A DNA stretch of 58,438 nucleotides, the filler included, from Piptocephalis cylindrospora (Eukaryota), in assembly GCA_003614145.1 (NCBI GenBank). It is 6 parts of 6 records of this genome, joined end to end, with 100 filler letters (N's around TTAATTAATTAA, not from the genome) between each part and the next. Parts side by side here need not be neighbours in the genome. Positions count along the whole stretch, not along the records: positions 39,168 to 48,766 come from KZ988076.1; positions 48,867 to 58,438 come from KZ988077.1; 4 more parts are not named here. One strand, given 5' to 3'. Both the position numbers and the translations under genes were made by a program. Numbering within the stretch: the stretch's first letter is position 1; each line of letters begins with the position of its first letter. The notes under the pieces are model-generated. The model saw only the letters and a program-made list of their open reading frames with translations, had not been told where the DNA came from and searched no databases. This document shows positions 43,689 through 56,159 of the stretch, in pieces.

Positions 43689-46600
43689 ATGGAGGTAAAA
43701 TATTTTTCTCTCCCCTTCCCTTCCTAGGGATCGTCCAGGATGGGCTGAGCTTGATCTATGCGCCTCTCTTATATCTTGAGACTTACTGATATCCTATCCC
43801 TGATCCTTTACGCGATCTGCCCTTCTCTTGAGTAGGAAATCCTCGATTTTACCCGTCCCTTAGACGTTGGTCTTCTTGATCGCGTCGTCAGCGCCTTTTT
43901 CACCGGCCACGGTGCCGAGGTATATTATGATTTTTTACTATGGGCTCCCCTTCTCTTAGACGACCCCCTCACCCATTCATCTCCCCTCCCCCCATACGCA
44001 GCAACAAAGGGCTCAGCAGGTCCTCACTCAATTCCAGGAGCATCCAGATGCCTGGAAGAGGGCTGATACCATCCTCGAGAACTCCAAGGTTCTGCAAAGT
44101 CGCTTTATCGCCCTTCAAATTCTGGAGAAACTCATTCAGACGCGGTGGAAGGCCATGCCCTCCGACACTACCACCGGTATCAAGAACTATGTTGTCTCCA
44201 CCGTTATCAAGTACTCTTCCGACGAGGAGACCCTTCATCGGGAGCGTACCTTTGTCAACAAGCTCAACATGATTCTTGTCCAGGTAAGACATACTCTTTA
44301 TTCTTTTCTCTTTTAAAAAGAAATGACCCCTAACCAACCATGACCATTTTCTCTCTAGGTTCTCAAGCAAGAATGGCCCCATAACTGGCCAAACTTCATC
44401 CCCGAGATCGTCTCGGTCAGTAGAACCAATGTCGCCTTGTGCGAAAATAACATGGTTGTCCTCAAGCTTCTCTCCGAGGAAATTTTTGACTTTTCGGCCG
44501 AACAAATGACCCAGGAAAAGGCCAAGAATCTTAAGATGCGTATGTGTCATGAATTTGCTGAGATCTTTCAGTTGTGCCTTGAAGTTCTCTCCAAGGCCGA
44601 GAAGCCCTCTTTGGTCCGCGCTACCCTAGAAACTCTTCTCCGTTTCCTTAACTGGATCCCTCTTGGATATGTCTTTGAGACCGACATCATCGACACCCTT
44701 CGTGAGCGCTTCCTCGACATCCCAGCCTTCCGTAACCTTGCCCTCAAGTGCCTCACTGAGATCGGCGGTCTCGTCGCCGACGCTGAATACGATGAGAAGT
44801 TTGTCCTTCTCTTTGAAGTCGTCACTTCCCACATTGCTCGACTTGTCCCCATTTCCACGGGTAAGCATACGAGAGGCTAAAAGGCTGTACCTACTTTTAT
44901 CATAGCTTGATTTGTTGCTGACACTTTCCTGTCCTTCCCTCAGATATTGAACAAGTCTATGCAAATAGCTCGGATAGGGACCAGGAGTTCATCCAAAACC
45001 TTGCTCTCTTCTTCACTAATATCTTGCAATATCACCTTAGGGTACGTTGGTTTGGGTGAAGTTGAGCAGGATCTCTTCTTCTTTCATCTCATATACCCTC
45101 CCTCCTCTCTCCAGGCTATTGAAAAGCACCCCAATAAGGATAATCTCATGCTCGCCCATCAGTACCTCATCAAGATCTCCCGTGTGGAGGAGAGGGAGGT
45201 GTTTAAGGTGTGCCTTGAGTACTGGAATAAGGTTGTGTCTGAGCTCTACTTGGAGCTCAAGTCCACCTCAAGCCACCAGGACATGACAGAGCGCATGGCC
45301 CTGGGCGCCGCTATGGGCTCTAGAGAGGCTGTTGCCTCCCCGGGAACAGCGGCTTCCAGAAGGGATATGTACTCCCCTATCCTCCAGGCCTTGAGGGTGG
45401 TAATGATCGAGAGGATGGTCAAGCCCGAGGAGGTTCTCGTAGTGGAGAATGATGAGGGGGAGATTGTCCGAGAGTCCTTGAAGGAAAGTGACACCATTGT
45501 CCTTTACAAGTCTCAGCGTGAGGTCCTCGTTTATCTCACCCATCTGGATGCCTATGATACTGAGAAGATCATGACCGAAAAGTTGGGTCGGCAGATGGAT
45601 GGGTCCGAGTGGTCCTGGGTCAATCTGAACAAGCTGTGCTGGGCTATCGGCTCCATCTCCGGCGCCATGACTGAGGAGAGCGAAAAGCGCTTCCTCGTCA
45701 CTGTCATCAAGGACCTTCTGGGCTTGTGTGAACAAAAGCGCGGCAAGGACAATAAGGCTGTGGTGGCCTCGAACATTATGTACGTCGTGGGCCAATATCC
45801 TAGGTTCCTTAAGGCCCACTGGAGATTCCTCAAGACTGTGGTGAATAAGCTCTTTGAGTTCATGCACGAACTTCATGAGGGAGTTCAGGACATGGCGTGT
45901 GATACGTTCATCAAGATTTCCCAAAAGTGCCGGAGGCATTTTGTCATGCAGCAAATCGGGGAACAAAGGCCCTTTGTGGAGGAGATCATCGATCAGATCC
46001 CTACCATCACTGCCGACCTCCAGCCCCTGCAGATCCATACGTTCTACGAGGCCCTGGGCTACATGATTAATTCGCAAAGCAACCGGTCCATCCAGGCCAA
46101 ACTTGTGGCCAGGTGCATGTCCGGGCCCAATGAGGCGTGGGAACGGCTGATCGGGGCCCTGGGCACTGGTGATCTTACCCTCCTGGATGATTTGGGTAAT
46201 GTCAAGGCCTTGGTCAATATCCTCAAGACCAATGTGTCCTCGTGTCTCTCCATCGGTCCGGGCTTCTATCCCCAGCTTGGGAAAATATTCATGGATGTTC
46301 TAGCCTTGTACCGGACCGTCTCCGAGAGGATCTCTACAGCTGTGGAAGTCCAAGGCACTATTGCCACCAAGACTCCCTTGGTCCGGCAGATGCGGACGGT
46401 GAAGAAGGATACTCTGAAACTCATCCTTACCTATATCCAGAGCCTTCAAGGAACCGGATTTACTGGATACGTCCCCCAATCCATGGACGGGAGGGGAGGA
46501 GCCGGGTCCATGCAAGGGGGTCTCCCCACATCAGCCTCCCTGGAGGCGGATATGGATAAGGTGATGGAGACAATGATGGCCCCGCTCCTCCAGACAGTGC

Positions 46601-47534
46601 TGACGGATTACTCTCGGAACGTGGAGGCGGCTCGGGAATCCGAGGTACTTTCGGCTACAGCCGGGATCATCCAGGTCCTCGGGGACCGGATGACTCCGTC
46701 AGTCCCGGCGATCCTGGATAATGTGTTTGAATGTACGCTCAGTATGATCTCTCGGGATTTTAGTGAGTATCCAGAGCATCGGGTGGGCTTCTTCTCCCTC
46801 CTCCGCGCCATCAATGCTCGGTGCTTCGCTGCGGTCCTGGCTCTTCCCCCGGATCAGTTCAAGCTCATGTATGACTCGGTTGTCTGGGCCTTCAAGCATG
46901 CCTACCGGGATATTATGGACACAGGTCTCCTTATCTGTGAAGACCTCCTGGATAACATTGCCAATGAGGGAGGGGATGTGGCATCCGGCTTTTACCAGCG
47001 GTACTTCCTCGCTCTTCTCCAAGACGTCTTTGCCGTCCTCACCGACAATGAGCATAAGGCCGGGTTCAAGGGCCAGTGTGACATTCTGGCTCGACTCTTC
47101 GGCCTGGTGGCGGAGGGTCAGGTGGTTGCGCCACTAGACCCGTCGGTCCAATCCGTCGAAGGCAATGCTCCCTTCCTCAAGGAGCATGTGGTCCACATTC
47201 TCTTAACGGCATACAAGCAGAATGTCCAGGCCTCCCGGGTCAATCAGTTTGTTGAGGGTCTCTTCACTCTTCATGGCAACCGGGAGCAATTCAAGCTTCA
47301 TGTTCGGGACTTTTTGATTGATTTAAAGGTGATATTTTATTCTGTATGGAGCTTTTCCCTGATCCTTACTCACATTCTCCTCCTTTCTCACAGGAGCAAA
47401 TCGGAGATACAAGCGACCTGTTTGTGGATGAACGGGAGGCAGAATCTCAGAGAAAGGAGCAACAGGAGAGGGATAAGGCCCTTGCCGTCCCTGGTTTGGT
47501 TAAGCCCTCGGATCTTCCCGATATGGAGGATTAA
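43689..47534 (+). CDS. CRM1: Exportin-1 (7 coding exons; introns 43695-43835, 43920-44001, 44284-44358, 44861-44943, 45042-45114 and 47329-47393)
   Basis: MEEILDF, LKQEWPHNWPNFI, MVKPEEVLVVENDEGEIVRE, DLLGLCEQKRGKDNKAVVASNIMYVVGQYPRFLK and the C-terminal VPGLVKPSDL. Confidence 0.97.
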
Positions 47535-48030
47535 GGGGGAGAGGTAGTTTTGTGGAGGATTAGTGGGGGAGGGATGTGATGAAGTAAGAGAGGAGGGGAG
47601 GAGGGGGCTTGAAATGATATACTTGCTCTGCTAGTGGATAGGACATACTCACCCTAGCATGCAAGATCATGTGACTTTCCCTCTTCCTAAGGACATCCTC
47701 GTGCTACGTCGTGCAATAAGAATCCAAGTCATTGTCGTTGTTGTTTGTGTCTATATGGCTTTCTCTGCTGCTGTTTTCGAGGTGTCTTGTCATTCCTTTG
47801 CTTCCCCTCCCGTTCCCTAAGATAGAAGGTCCATCATCCATTCTCACCCCTCCAGGACAAAAATACACACATGCAAAGCCCACTGATACGAAGACGCCTA
47901 TATTTTCTGCTTGCTCTTTCAGTTTGGAAAGGGGGATGGGATGTTGTGGGTCTAGTGGGGGTCGGGTCAACCCTAATGGAAAGTTGGTGGTACAAAAAGG
48001 AGAGATAGGGCTAGAGAGGGGGCCCCATGC

Positions 48031-48624
48031 TTAGGAGGATGCATTGGGGGAGGAGGCCATGATGGCCAGATCCTCTTTGACAAAGCCCTCGGCGCGGTGC
48101 CAGGCTTCCTGACTCTCGGCAAGTAGACAGTCCAGAGCCCATTCAAAGCCTCGACGGCCCCGAGCGGCATTTTCACGGAAACGGTTGACGGAAAAGTCCT
48201 CAATGTAATTACCGAAGCGGGAAAGGGTACCAAAGGCGGTGATTTTAGCCTCTTGACGGAAGACGGTTTGGGCCTTATCAGCCAGGGTGTACGACAGCTT
48301 CTCCTCAACACGTATAAGGTTGGAGAAGGTGAGGTTGACGGTCCTGGCCTCGAGAGTCCGGCCTTTCGGGTCCACCTCGCTCACCTCGTAAGCATAAGTC
48401 TCTTCACTCGCTCCAAAGAGCTTTCTGATCAGGGTGGGGACATTCTGGACACAACAGATGAGACGTTCGGTACGGAGGATACCGGTCTCTGGGTCGACTT
48501 TTCGTTCGAGAACATCAACGTGCTTGACATGGCCAGTACAGGGGTTGGGGTACTTGCGCCAAAAGGCCAAGGTTACTGCTGCCCAGTCGTGAGGGTATTC
48601 ATGGGAGGTCTCAAAGAGCTTCAT
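48031..48624 (-). CDS. UPS2: PRELI/MSF1-family mitochondrial intermembrane-space lipid-transfer protein, Ups2-like
   Basis: MKLFETSHEY..DW..VT.AFWRKYPNP...HV..VDVL.R, TERLI, FRQEAKITA and NRFRENAARGRRGF. Confidence 0.85.
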   Translation of the reverse strand: MKLFETSHEYPHDWAAVTLAFWRKYPNPCTGHVKHVDVLERKVDPETGILRTERLICCVQNVPTLIRKLFGASEETYAYEVSEVDPKGRTLEARTVNLTFSNLIRVEEKLSYTLADKAQTVFRQEAKITAFGTLSRFGNYIEDFSVNRFRENAARGRRGFEWALDCLLAESQEAWHRAEGFVKEDLAIMASSPNASS

Positions 48625-48722
48625 CGGGCACAAGAGGGGGGAACGGAGGGGGGGGGGGGGGAGGGGGAAAAGATTAAGGCATTTGGGGGGGGGGAGGGCT
48701 GCTGGGAGTGGGGGGGGTTTCA

Positions 48723-48753
<31 letters not shown>

Positions 48754-48867
48754 TGGGGGGGGGGGGNNNNNNNNNNNNNNNNNNNNNNNNNNNNNNNNNN
48801 NNNNNNNNNNTTAATTAATTAANNNNNNNNNNNNNNNNNNNNNNNNNNNNNNNNNNNNNNNNNNNNT

Positions 48868-51800
48868 CTACTCATTTCCCTTCTTTCTGGAGGAAATCGG
48901 CGCGTTCAGGATACCCTAGATGGGTATTTTGCGGGGACGAGGGAGGAAAGATTCTTCCATGCTATGCACACTCGTCTTCATACGGGCATCCAGGCGCTTC
49001 GGGAATCTCGACAGATGGTCCAGCTCAGTGCGCGTAAGCGTGCTAGAGAGAACAGGAGGGACTCAGCCATTAGTCGCTTGACTGCTCGTACCTCCATGAG
49101 ACGATCTGTTCGCTTAAATGGAGACCGACGCGGTAGTGGAGGGACTGGCCTGCGGGGTTCTGGCTCTATCAAAAGTGACGCCCNNNNNNNNNNCAATAGG
49201 AGACCCCTATCGGCTTTGGCACTTCCATCCTTGCAGATACCTTCTCGATCCCGGTCTACTTCTCCGTCCCCTCTTACTCGACCGGGCTCAGGGCTTCCTT
49301 CTCCGGCAGTTACTATGGGTCAATTGACCTGGCGACGCGGAATCAAGGGGTCTATGAGAGGAAGGGCGGCACTAGAGGGGTATCGGAGAAATCAGCGTGG
49401 ATTTGGCGATCTTGGTTACTTTGGATGGATGGAGGGAGGAAAGGGAGGGATTGTGCGGACAATGGAGGAGTCTGACGAGGAATCGGAAGAAGATAGCGAA
49501 GAAGAAGAAGAGGGAAGGCCAGAGATTGGAGGAAAGGAGTTTAGGAAAAAGAGTACTACTTGGGATCAAGCCTCTCCATCCCGTCCCCAATCTCTTACAG
49601 GGGATGAAGAGGCCTCGGAGTTAGCGGTACGATCGTCTAGGATGGATATTTCCATTTTCCGACAGACTATGCGTCTTCTCCAGCTTATGGTAGAAGGCCA
49701 CCATGCCAGACTTCAAGCCTATCTTCATGAACAACCAGACAACATCAAGAGCTTTGACTTGGTAAAGGCTTGTGTTGACTATCTCCATGCCCTTCTTCCC
49801 ATCTTGGGTCCCAAGACGGTGCGTTTGCTAAATCAAGTGTTAGACACCATCACTGAAATGGCCCAGGGCTGTCCAACCAATCAGGTAAGTCATGATGGAA
49901 GATGGACTTCCCTGTGTTTATCGAGTGTTTACTTTGAAGGGAAAATGATAATCCTGTACTAAAATAACTTGGATGGGGGATGTCCAATTCTTCCATGTAG
50001 GCTACTATCTTTGCCTGTAAATACGTCACTGTAGCCAACACCTTACTCTCTGAGCCCTATTACCAGTGTGACCCTCGAGAGGTGCGTGAAATGAAGGATA
50101 AGGTAGTTACCGGGCTCCTTTCCCTCCTAGAAACCACAGGACAGAGCGGAAAGGAGCGGATTGGGGGGAGTATAGGTAAAGAGATGGCAATCTCGTTGGA
50201 CATGGAAGCCATTTCCAAGAATATCCGAATGGCCTGGGAAGCGGTAAAAATGGAGAGAGATCAGGTAAAGACAGCCTCCTCCCTCGCCTCCCCAGCTCTT
50301 TCATTAACCACATCGGACAACCCTGGATTCCAATACGCTATCCTCATCCTCAGTCTCTATCCTCGTCTCTTGGAGGTGGATCCAGATTCTCTCGAAAGGG
50401 ATGGGAGTGGAGGGATTACTGAGACGGAAACGGACACTGCTCTCCCACCCCTTCCTCTCATTTCTGGGGAGGCTCCGTGGGAGAAGAGACGAGTATGGCA
50501 TGGCTACTTTTCCCTTGATCCAGCCTTTGCGTATTATCGAAAGAAAATTGGGAGGATCGAGGTAGTCGGTGGGCTTTCCGGCGGTGAAGACCCTGGATCA
50601 AGTGTGGACCTCGAGGAGGGTGAGGAAGGTGAAGATATTGGGAAGACGGCGGTTGAGGAGAGAAGGGGTCGTAGTCGAGTGCTCCAGTCTTCCTCTGACC
50701 ATGGAAGAAGGGGAGCATCCCCTAAGACCCGATCTTCTTCCCCATCCTCCCCATCTCTTCTTGGTAGAGCCTCGGCGGCTTTTAAAGAGAGATCTGACTC
50801 CTCAAAAGCACGGAAAGGCTGGGCTCTTATCCAAGATGCGGTGACGGCCGGATGGCTAGTGGGCGGTCTCACCGAGGGGACCAGGATCCAGGACCAAGGG
50901 AGCCGGGCCTCCCCTTCTTCTTCCCCTACTAGAGGATCGGGAACGGGTGAGGCTGCCTCACGAAGACAGTCCATTATTGCTGCTGCACTGGATCCGGATG
51001 GGAGAGGGATAACTCGGGCGGCGCCCGTAGAGGAGGCTAATTCAGGGGGTAAGGCCATGGGGAATACGAGTGAACCCTACCTTACTACCATTCTCTTTCC
51101 CATCCCCGAGGTATGCTCCTACCTTCGGGAGGACTCCAAATCACACTTTCTTTGGAGGGTAAGAAGAGATTCGCCTTCAGCCAAGGTGGAGGACTTTGTG
51201 AATCGGACACAGGATACAATCTTTGAGATTCGACACCAAGCTCGGCTTCGTCGGGATCCTCGACTCACCATCCTCGCTGATTTCTACGGACTGTGGTGGA
51301 GAGGAGCATATGCCTTGACAACTCTGCTTAACCTTCTTGCCCTATCATGCTTTGTCTCCCTCCCCGGAACCGCTCAAGGGAAGGGGACCGCCGGTGGTTA
51401 TGGAGATCAATGCACTTGGCGCGGCCATGGAATGGTTTGGAAGTTAAGTGGACTGATTCATCTGATTTTCTGGTGCCTTTGTGCCCTCGAGTTTGTCCTT
51501 GTCCAACTTCCAGTCCTTCTGCATCGGCGAACACTGGAGCGTATGGAAGGGAAGCGGAAGAAACGACGGGGGTCTCCGTGGGGAAAGGAGGGCTTGCTAG
51601 GTAAAGTGAAAGGTAAGGAGATATCGCGCGCTTCCTCATCTCTCCCCGCATACGGATCCTCTCAGCTGGACCAGGCTCATTTACCCAAGGAATCAAAGAC
51701 CACACCGACTTTATCCACGGATCCTCCAGGGACGCTCTGGGGAGTTGTGGATGAATTATATACTCAAGGGGGTTTACCTTTGATCCGAGAGCCCCGTGTC

Positions 51801-52765
51801 CTCTACCATGCAGTGATGCTTCTTCTCTCCATCAGCGGCCTCGCACACCCAGCCTTTTATGCTCTTCACCTCCTGGATTATGTTTATCGAGATGAGATCT
51901 TACAGGGAGTTATTGCCAGTGTAACCCTCAACAGAAAGTCTCTCGTAAAGACCGGGCTTCTCGGGGTCATTATTCTTTACCTATATGGGTATCTGTCCTT
52001 CCTCTATTTCCGCCCTCATTTTGATTCATCCCAGGGGCATTCATGTCATTCTCTCCTTCAATGCTTTATCACTGTGTTCTCCTACGGTGTCAGGGCTGGG
52101 GGTGGCTTGGGGGATTTACTGATTCCTCCGCCTGAGGTAGCCGCTTCCTTGGCCCCTGGAGACACCTTCTCTCCCACCCTTCGTATCCTCCTGGATATGT
52201 CCTTTTATCTGATTGTCACCATCTTCCTCCTCAATGTTATCTTTGGTATCATTTTCGACACCTTTGGTACCCTGAGGGATCGGCGCTCTGCAATCCAAAA
52301 GGACATGAAGCATTGTAAGTGGAACTGGCCAAGAAAGGGAAAAAGGGAACCTTTCTAATCTCATCCCCATACTGCCCACTAGTTTGTTTCATTTGTAGCA
52401 TCCCGGCGCAAGAATTCCAGAAGCACGGGAATGGCTTCGAGTACCACATTCAACATGAACATAACATGTGGCAGTACCTTTTCTTCCTCGTTCATCTTCA
52501 GATCAAGGATCGGACCGAGTACACCTCCCAAGAGTCATATGTGTCAGATATGCTTCAATCAGGGGACTATGCCTTTTTTCCTATTAATCGATCACTCTCC
52601 CTGAGGCAACGGGAGGATGGGGAAACGGACAGACTGAAACGAGTGGAAGGTCTCCTTGAGACCCTGCTAGATCGTATAACCCACCTTGAAATCTCCCGAG
52701 ACGACTCGAGGGAGCATGTGAGGAGGCGAACTGGCTCCATTATCCCATCTAGTTACCATGGATAG
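48868..52765 (+). CDS. ITPR: Inositol-trisphosphate/ryanodine receptor family Ca2+ release channel, C-terminal half (5' truncated; introns 49885-50000 and 52315-52382; 10-N gap at 49184)
   Basis: LLISLLSGGNRRVQ, the RIH-associated domain MRLLQLMVEGHHARLQAYLHEQ, six-TM region, pore GVRAGGGLGD, LNVIFGIIFDTFGTLR and the zinc-finger tail CFIC...HIQHEHNMWQYLFF...EYTSQESYV. Confidence 0.93.
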
Positions 52766-52871
52766 TGAGGTGAAAGGGAAAATATCTAGTGTATGGTGAT
52801 AGCTTAGACAATATAGTCTCGTTATTGCATACCGCGGCTAAAACTATTAATGATAATAGTATATTTTTCCC

Positions 52872-53636
52872 TCAAGAGGAAATGGCCAAACTTGTTCCTC
52901 GAGGGACTGATGGGCCCGAGGATGATGGAGGAGAATCTCGCCTCCTTCCCCATGTGGAGGGCTTCCACCAAATGGCCTTGCGCTTAGGGGCAGTGACCAT
53001 GAGAAGAGGGGGTAACAGGACAGGAATAGCAGAGAGAGCAATGGCAAGCCATGTCTCGGATAGACTAGGGCCCCAGATCCATCGGTGGATTGTGGGAATC
53101 CAACCGGGGCTCTGACTCCTCTGGGATTCGTAGGCCTTCCAAATCATCATCAGAGTTGGGACCAACCAATTCGCATTCCTTTGGAGAAATGACGGTACAT
53201 ATGGTTGAATGCTCCGGGAAAGGGTTGTTGAACTATTTTGGGATATAACGGCCGTAAGGAGAAGAAGGGAAAGGAGGGTAAAAGATAGGGTGATGGGGGA
53301 AGAGAAAGTCCAGTCTAGTAGGTCCACGGCATGATACCATATGGGGGAGAGAGCTCCTGCGGGTAGGTAGGAGGTCAAAGGACTTTGAAAGAGCCATTTC
53401 CATCCCCGCCACCACATATACTGGAACGGAAGTGACCAAGCCCCTTTACCAGTGACCCAGCCCTTCCACCAGATGATCCCAATAGCCGCAAGGACCAGAT
53501 AGACATATGGATTTTTCAATAGGCTAGGGACGTTGGCAAAATACCTGGACGCGGATTGACGTCGTTGAGGCCAGACCGATGCTAGGATGGAGGGTTTGGA
53601 CTCCCCTCGTCCCTTCCAGAAACCTCCTTTGGACAT
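52872..53636 (-). CDS. Hypothetical Trp-rich membrane protein; start uncertain
   Basis: A long ORF with several hydrophobic segments and no recognised motif. Confidence 0.45.
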   Translation of the reverse strand: MSKGGFWKGRGESKPSILASVWPQRRQSASRYFANVPSLLKNPYVYLVLAAIGIIWWKGWVTGKGAWSLPFQYMWWRGWKWLFQSPLTSYLPAGALSPIWYHAVDLLDWTFSSPITLSFTLLSLLLLTAVISQNSSTTLSRSIQPYVPSFLQRNANWLVPTLMMIWKAYESQRSQSPGWIPTIHRWIWGPSLSETWLAIALSAIPVLLPPLLMVTAPKRKAIWWKPSTWGRRRDSPPSSSGPSVPRGTSLAISS

Positions 53637-54324
53637 GTAGGCTAGAATTTGATTCAGAGAAAAAACAGATGCCACAACGACAAGATGACGAATGGATGTT
53701 AGGGGGCTCCAGCAAGAGATAACTTGAATCAGAAGCATGATATAGGACGAGTGTACACCCAATAGGTAAGGCCATTACATATTTAGTAAGAACTCTGAGG
53801 CTGCCTCTCAACATAATTTCGAACGACTAGGACAAGGACCCAAGATGGAGAGTAGTAAAATTGAGGAGCGGAGTTGACACGGTTGGGATAGCACATGGCC
53901 AGTGGATGCTGGTCAGCGGACTTTTCGCCTCATTCAGCTCTTCCTTTCAACCCAGGTATAAAATTAGCACATCACTGCTCATCGTCCATACTGGTCTTCC
54001 CCCTTTCCCCTCTTCCCTCCTCCTCCTCCTTCTCCCCTCCTCCATCAAAGAGACGACCCTGACTGACAAGCTGTGTGCTTGCATATTTGTGCGTACGTGT
54101 GTGTATACGTGTTCATCTGACCGTGTTTATCTGCTTCTCCCCCACCCTCCAACCAGCCAGCCCACGCCATTGCGTGTGTCTTTTTCCCAACCATCTTGCA
54201 CCCTTTTCCTTCCAACGCCATCACCCTTTCCCTTCCCACTTTTCAATTGCACCCACCCTCTCTTGCCCCCCATTGAGAGCACTATCTTCATTTATTAAAA
54301 ATCAGAACGACTCGCCAATTTGAC

Positions 54325-55356
54325 ATGTTTTCCATACCCTCACCCCTCGCTGTTCCACGGACATTGGCCTCCTACATCCTGTCTGGTGCGGTTACAGGAG
54401 TGGCCGAGGTAAAAGAAACGCCTATTGAGGAGCCCGTCCGGCCTCAATCGACCCCACCTGCTCCGGTCAAAACCCAGGATATCACCTTTTCTGACCTACA
54501 CAATGCTGCCTTCTTGCTAGGTAAAGCGGCGGAACTGGCCTCCCAGGATCAAAATGACGTGGCTGAAGAGTATTACCAGGCTGCTCTGACTGGGGTCCTT
54601 CGTGCGGCTCGGGATTCCGACGGTGACATTGGCGATCGACTTTCCCAACATCTCGCCAAGGCCCTGGCGAGTGCCCGCTGTCCTCAGGAGGAGGATGTGA
54701 GCTCCAATACAGATCAAGAGGAGGAGAAGAACATATTAGAGCCAGAGAAGAATGAGACTGTCATGACGGAGGAAAGGATCATAGTAGCCCAAGTAGCTAA
54801 GCCAACCGGTGAGACTATGCATCAGGATGAGAACCTTGGCATCTACTCCTCCTGCATCACTCTTCCCCATGCCCCTCCACATCCCTCCTCGATGATGACC
54901 GTGTCAAAAGAGGTGGTTCAGGTAGAGGAGTCATCTCAGCTAAATTCCTCCTCTCACTCTTCCCAATTTTCTTCCTCCCGGATCGTTTCTTCCATGGCCA
55001 TCCGCGCTCTGGACTTGGCCATTTCCATGGGCGTTTATCTGGCCCGCACCCGCCTGGCCGAGGATGTCTCTCGGCACCTGATGCGTCGCTGGGATGACTT
55101 GGATCGGGAGTACCACTTAAGTACATCTTTCCTAGGTGTGGCCTCCGAGGTGGTCAAGCGTGCGAAGAAAGAAGAGGATGTGGAAGAGGCGATGGATGGA
55201 AAGCATCATAACCTACTCCAGAATAAGGAAGATGGTTCCTCCGATGGCTCTTCTCCCTCCTCCCCCACCTCCCATCTATCCTACCTCTGGGAGAAGCGCC
55301 CTTGGATTGCGGATTTCCCCCTCCTGGGCAAAGACTCCTCCATCCAACGCTCATAA
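54325..55356 (+). CDS. Hypothetical protein with an MIT-like helical domain
   Basis: A 343-aa ORF in which AAFLLGKAAELASQDQNDVAEEYYQAALTGVL resembles MIT helices 1-2. Confidence 0.6.
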   Translation: MFSIPSPLAVPRTLASYILSGAVTGVAEVKETPIEEPVRPQSTPPAPVKTQDITFSDLHNAAFLLGKAAELASQDQNDVAEEYYQAALTGVLRAARDSDGDIGDRLSQHLAKALASARCPQEEDVSSNTDQEEEKNILEPEKNETVMTEERIIVAQVAKPTGETMHQDENLGIYSSCITLPHAPPHPSSMMTVSKEVVQVEESSQLNSSSHSSQFSSSRIVSSMAIRALDLAISMGVYLARTRLAEDVSRHLMRRWDDLDREYHLSTSFLGVASEVVKRAKKEEDVEEAMDGKHHNLLQNKEDGSSDGSSPSSPTSHLSYLWEKRPWIADFPLLGKDSSIQRS

Positions 55357-56159
55357 AACATCTTCTCTTCCCCTTGACCCAAAGGATATTTAGGCGCTCT
55401 CGCCAGGCTGCTCATCTATCTCATCCCACTTTACCCCTTTCTCTTTATGACGATCAAGGCGCCCATCCCTTTCTCTTCCTTCTTTACGCGAGTCAACCTC
55501 ATCTATCCCTCATGATTCCCCATTTTCCCAATGACATCCATTACCCTTTTCCATACTTGATTTACATGCTGGGGCGGTTTACCTCCAGGGAAACTATATT
55601 CTACTCAAGCTAATGGAATAAGTGAGATGAAGAGGGAAGAAAGAATCAAATGTCTCCTTCATGGTATTATGGCAGTGCAAAATATGGTCATCCAAGGGCT
55701 TCGTGAGAAACCGATAGGAAGTAATGATGAATGCCGGGAGCCAGGATGATCTTTCGGGCACCTTTTGTGTCGTGCCTACTTTTCATCATCATCGAGCCAG
55801 AAACAAGGGGATGAGTAAACCTGAATTATAAATAGGGGCATCCCATCGCATCATTCGCCTAAACTACATCCAAGCCATTGATCCTCCCTAAAAGGGCATG
55901 CCTTCCTGAATCCCCAACTTTTCTGACTTGATCGAACGATCCTCCTGGTGGCAAAGGCTCCTTTGGATAGTGGCGGGGTTTAAGCGTCTCCAATGCTCAT
56001 AAAACCTCGAGTATATGATACGCCCCAGGAACAATGTCTCTGGCACCATGCATGTCGACCTTTTGATGGGTGTTACCCGGATGCCCAAAAATCTGACCCA
56101 CTAGAGAAACATGTAATGGTTATACCATTACCATTGATCCTCCTAGTTTTTCCTTCCTC

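Noticed and set aside
40912..52765. The MIR protein as a split N-terminus of the IP3 receptor
   Set aside because: The two lie on different contigs, and the MIR gene is complete with its own start, stop and unrelated N-terminus.
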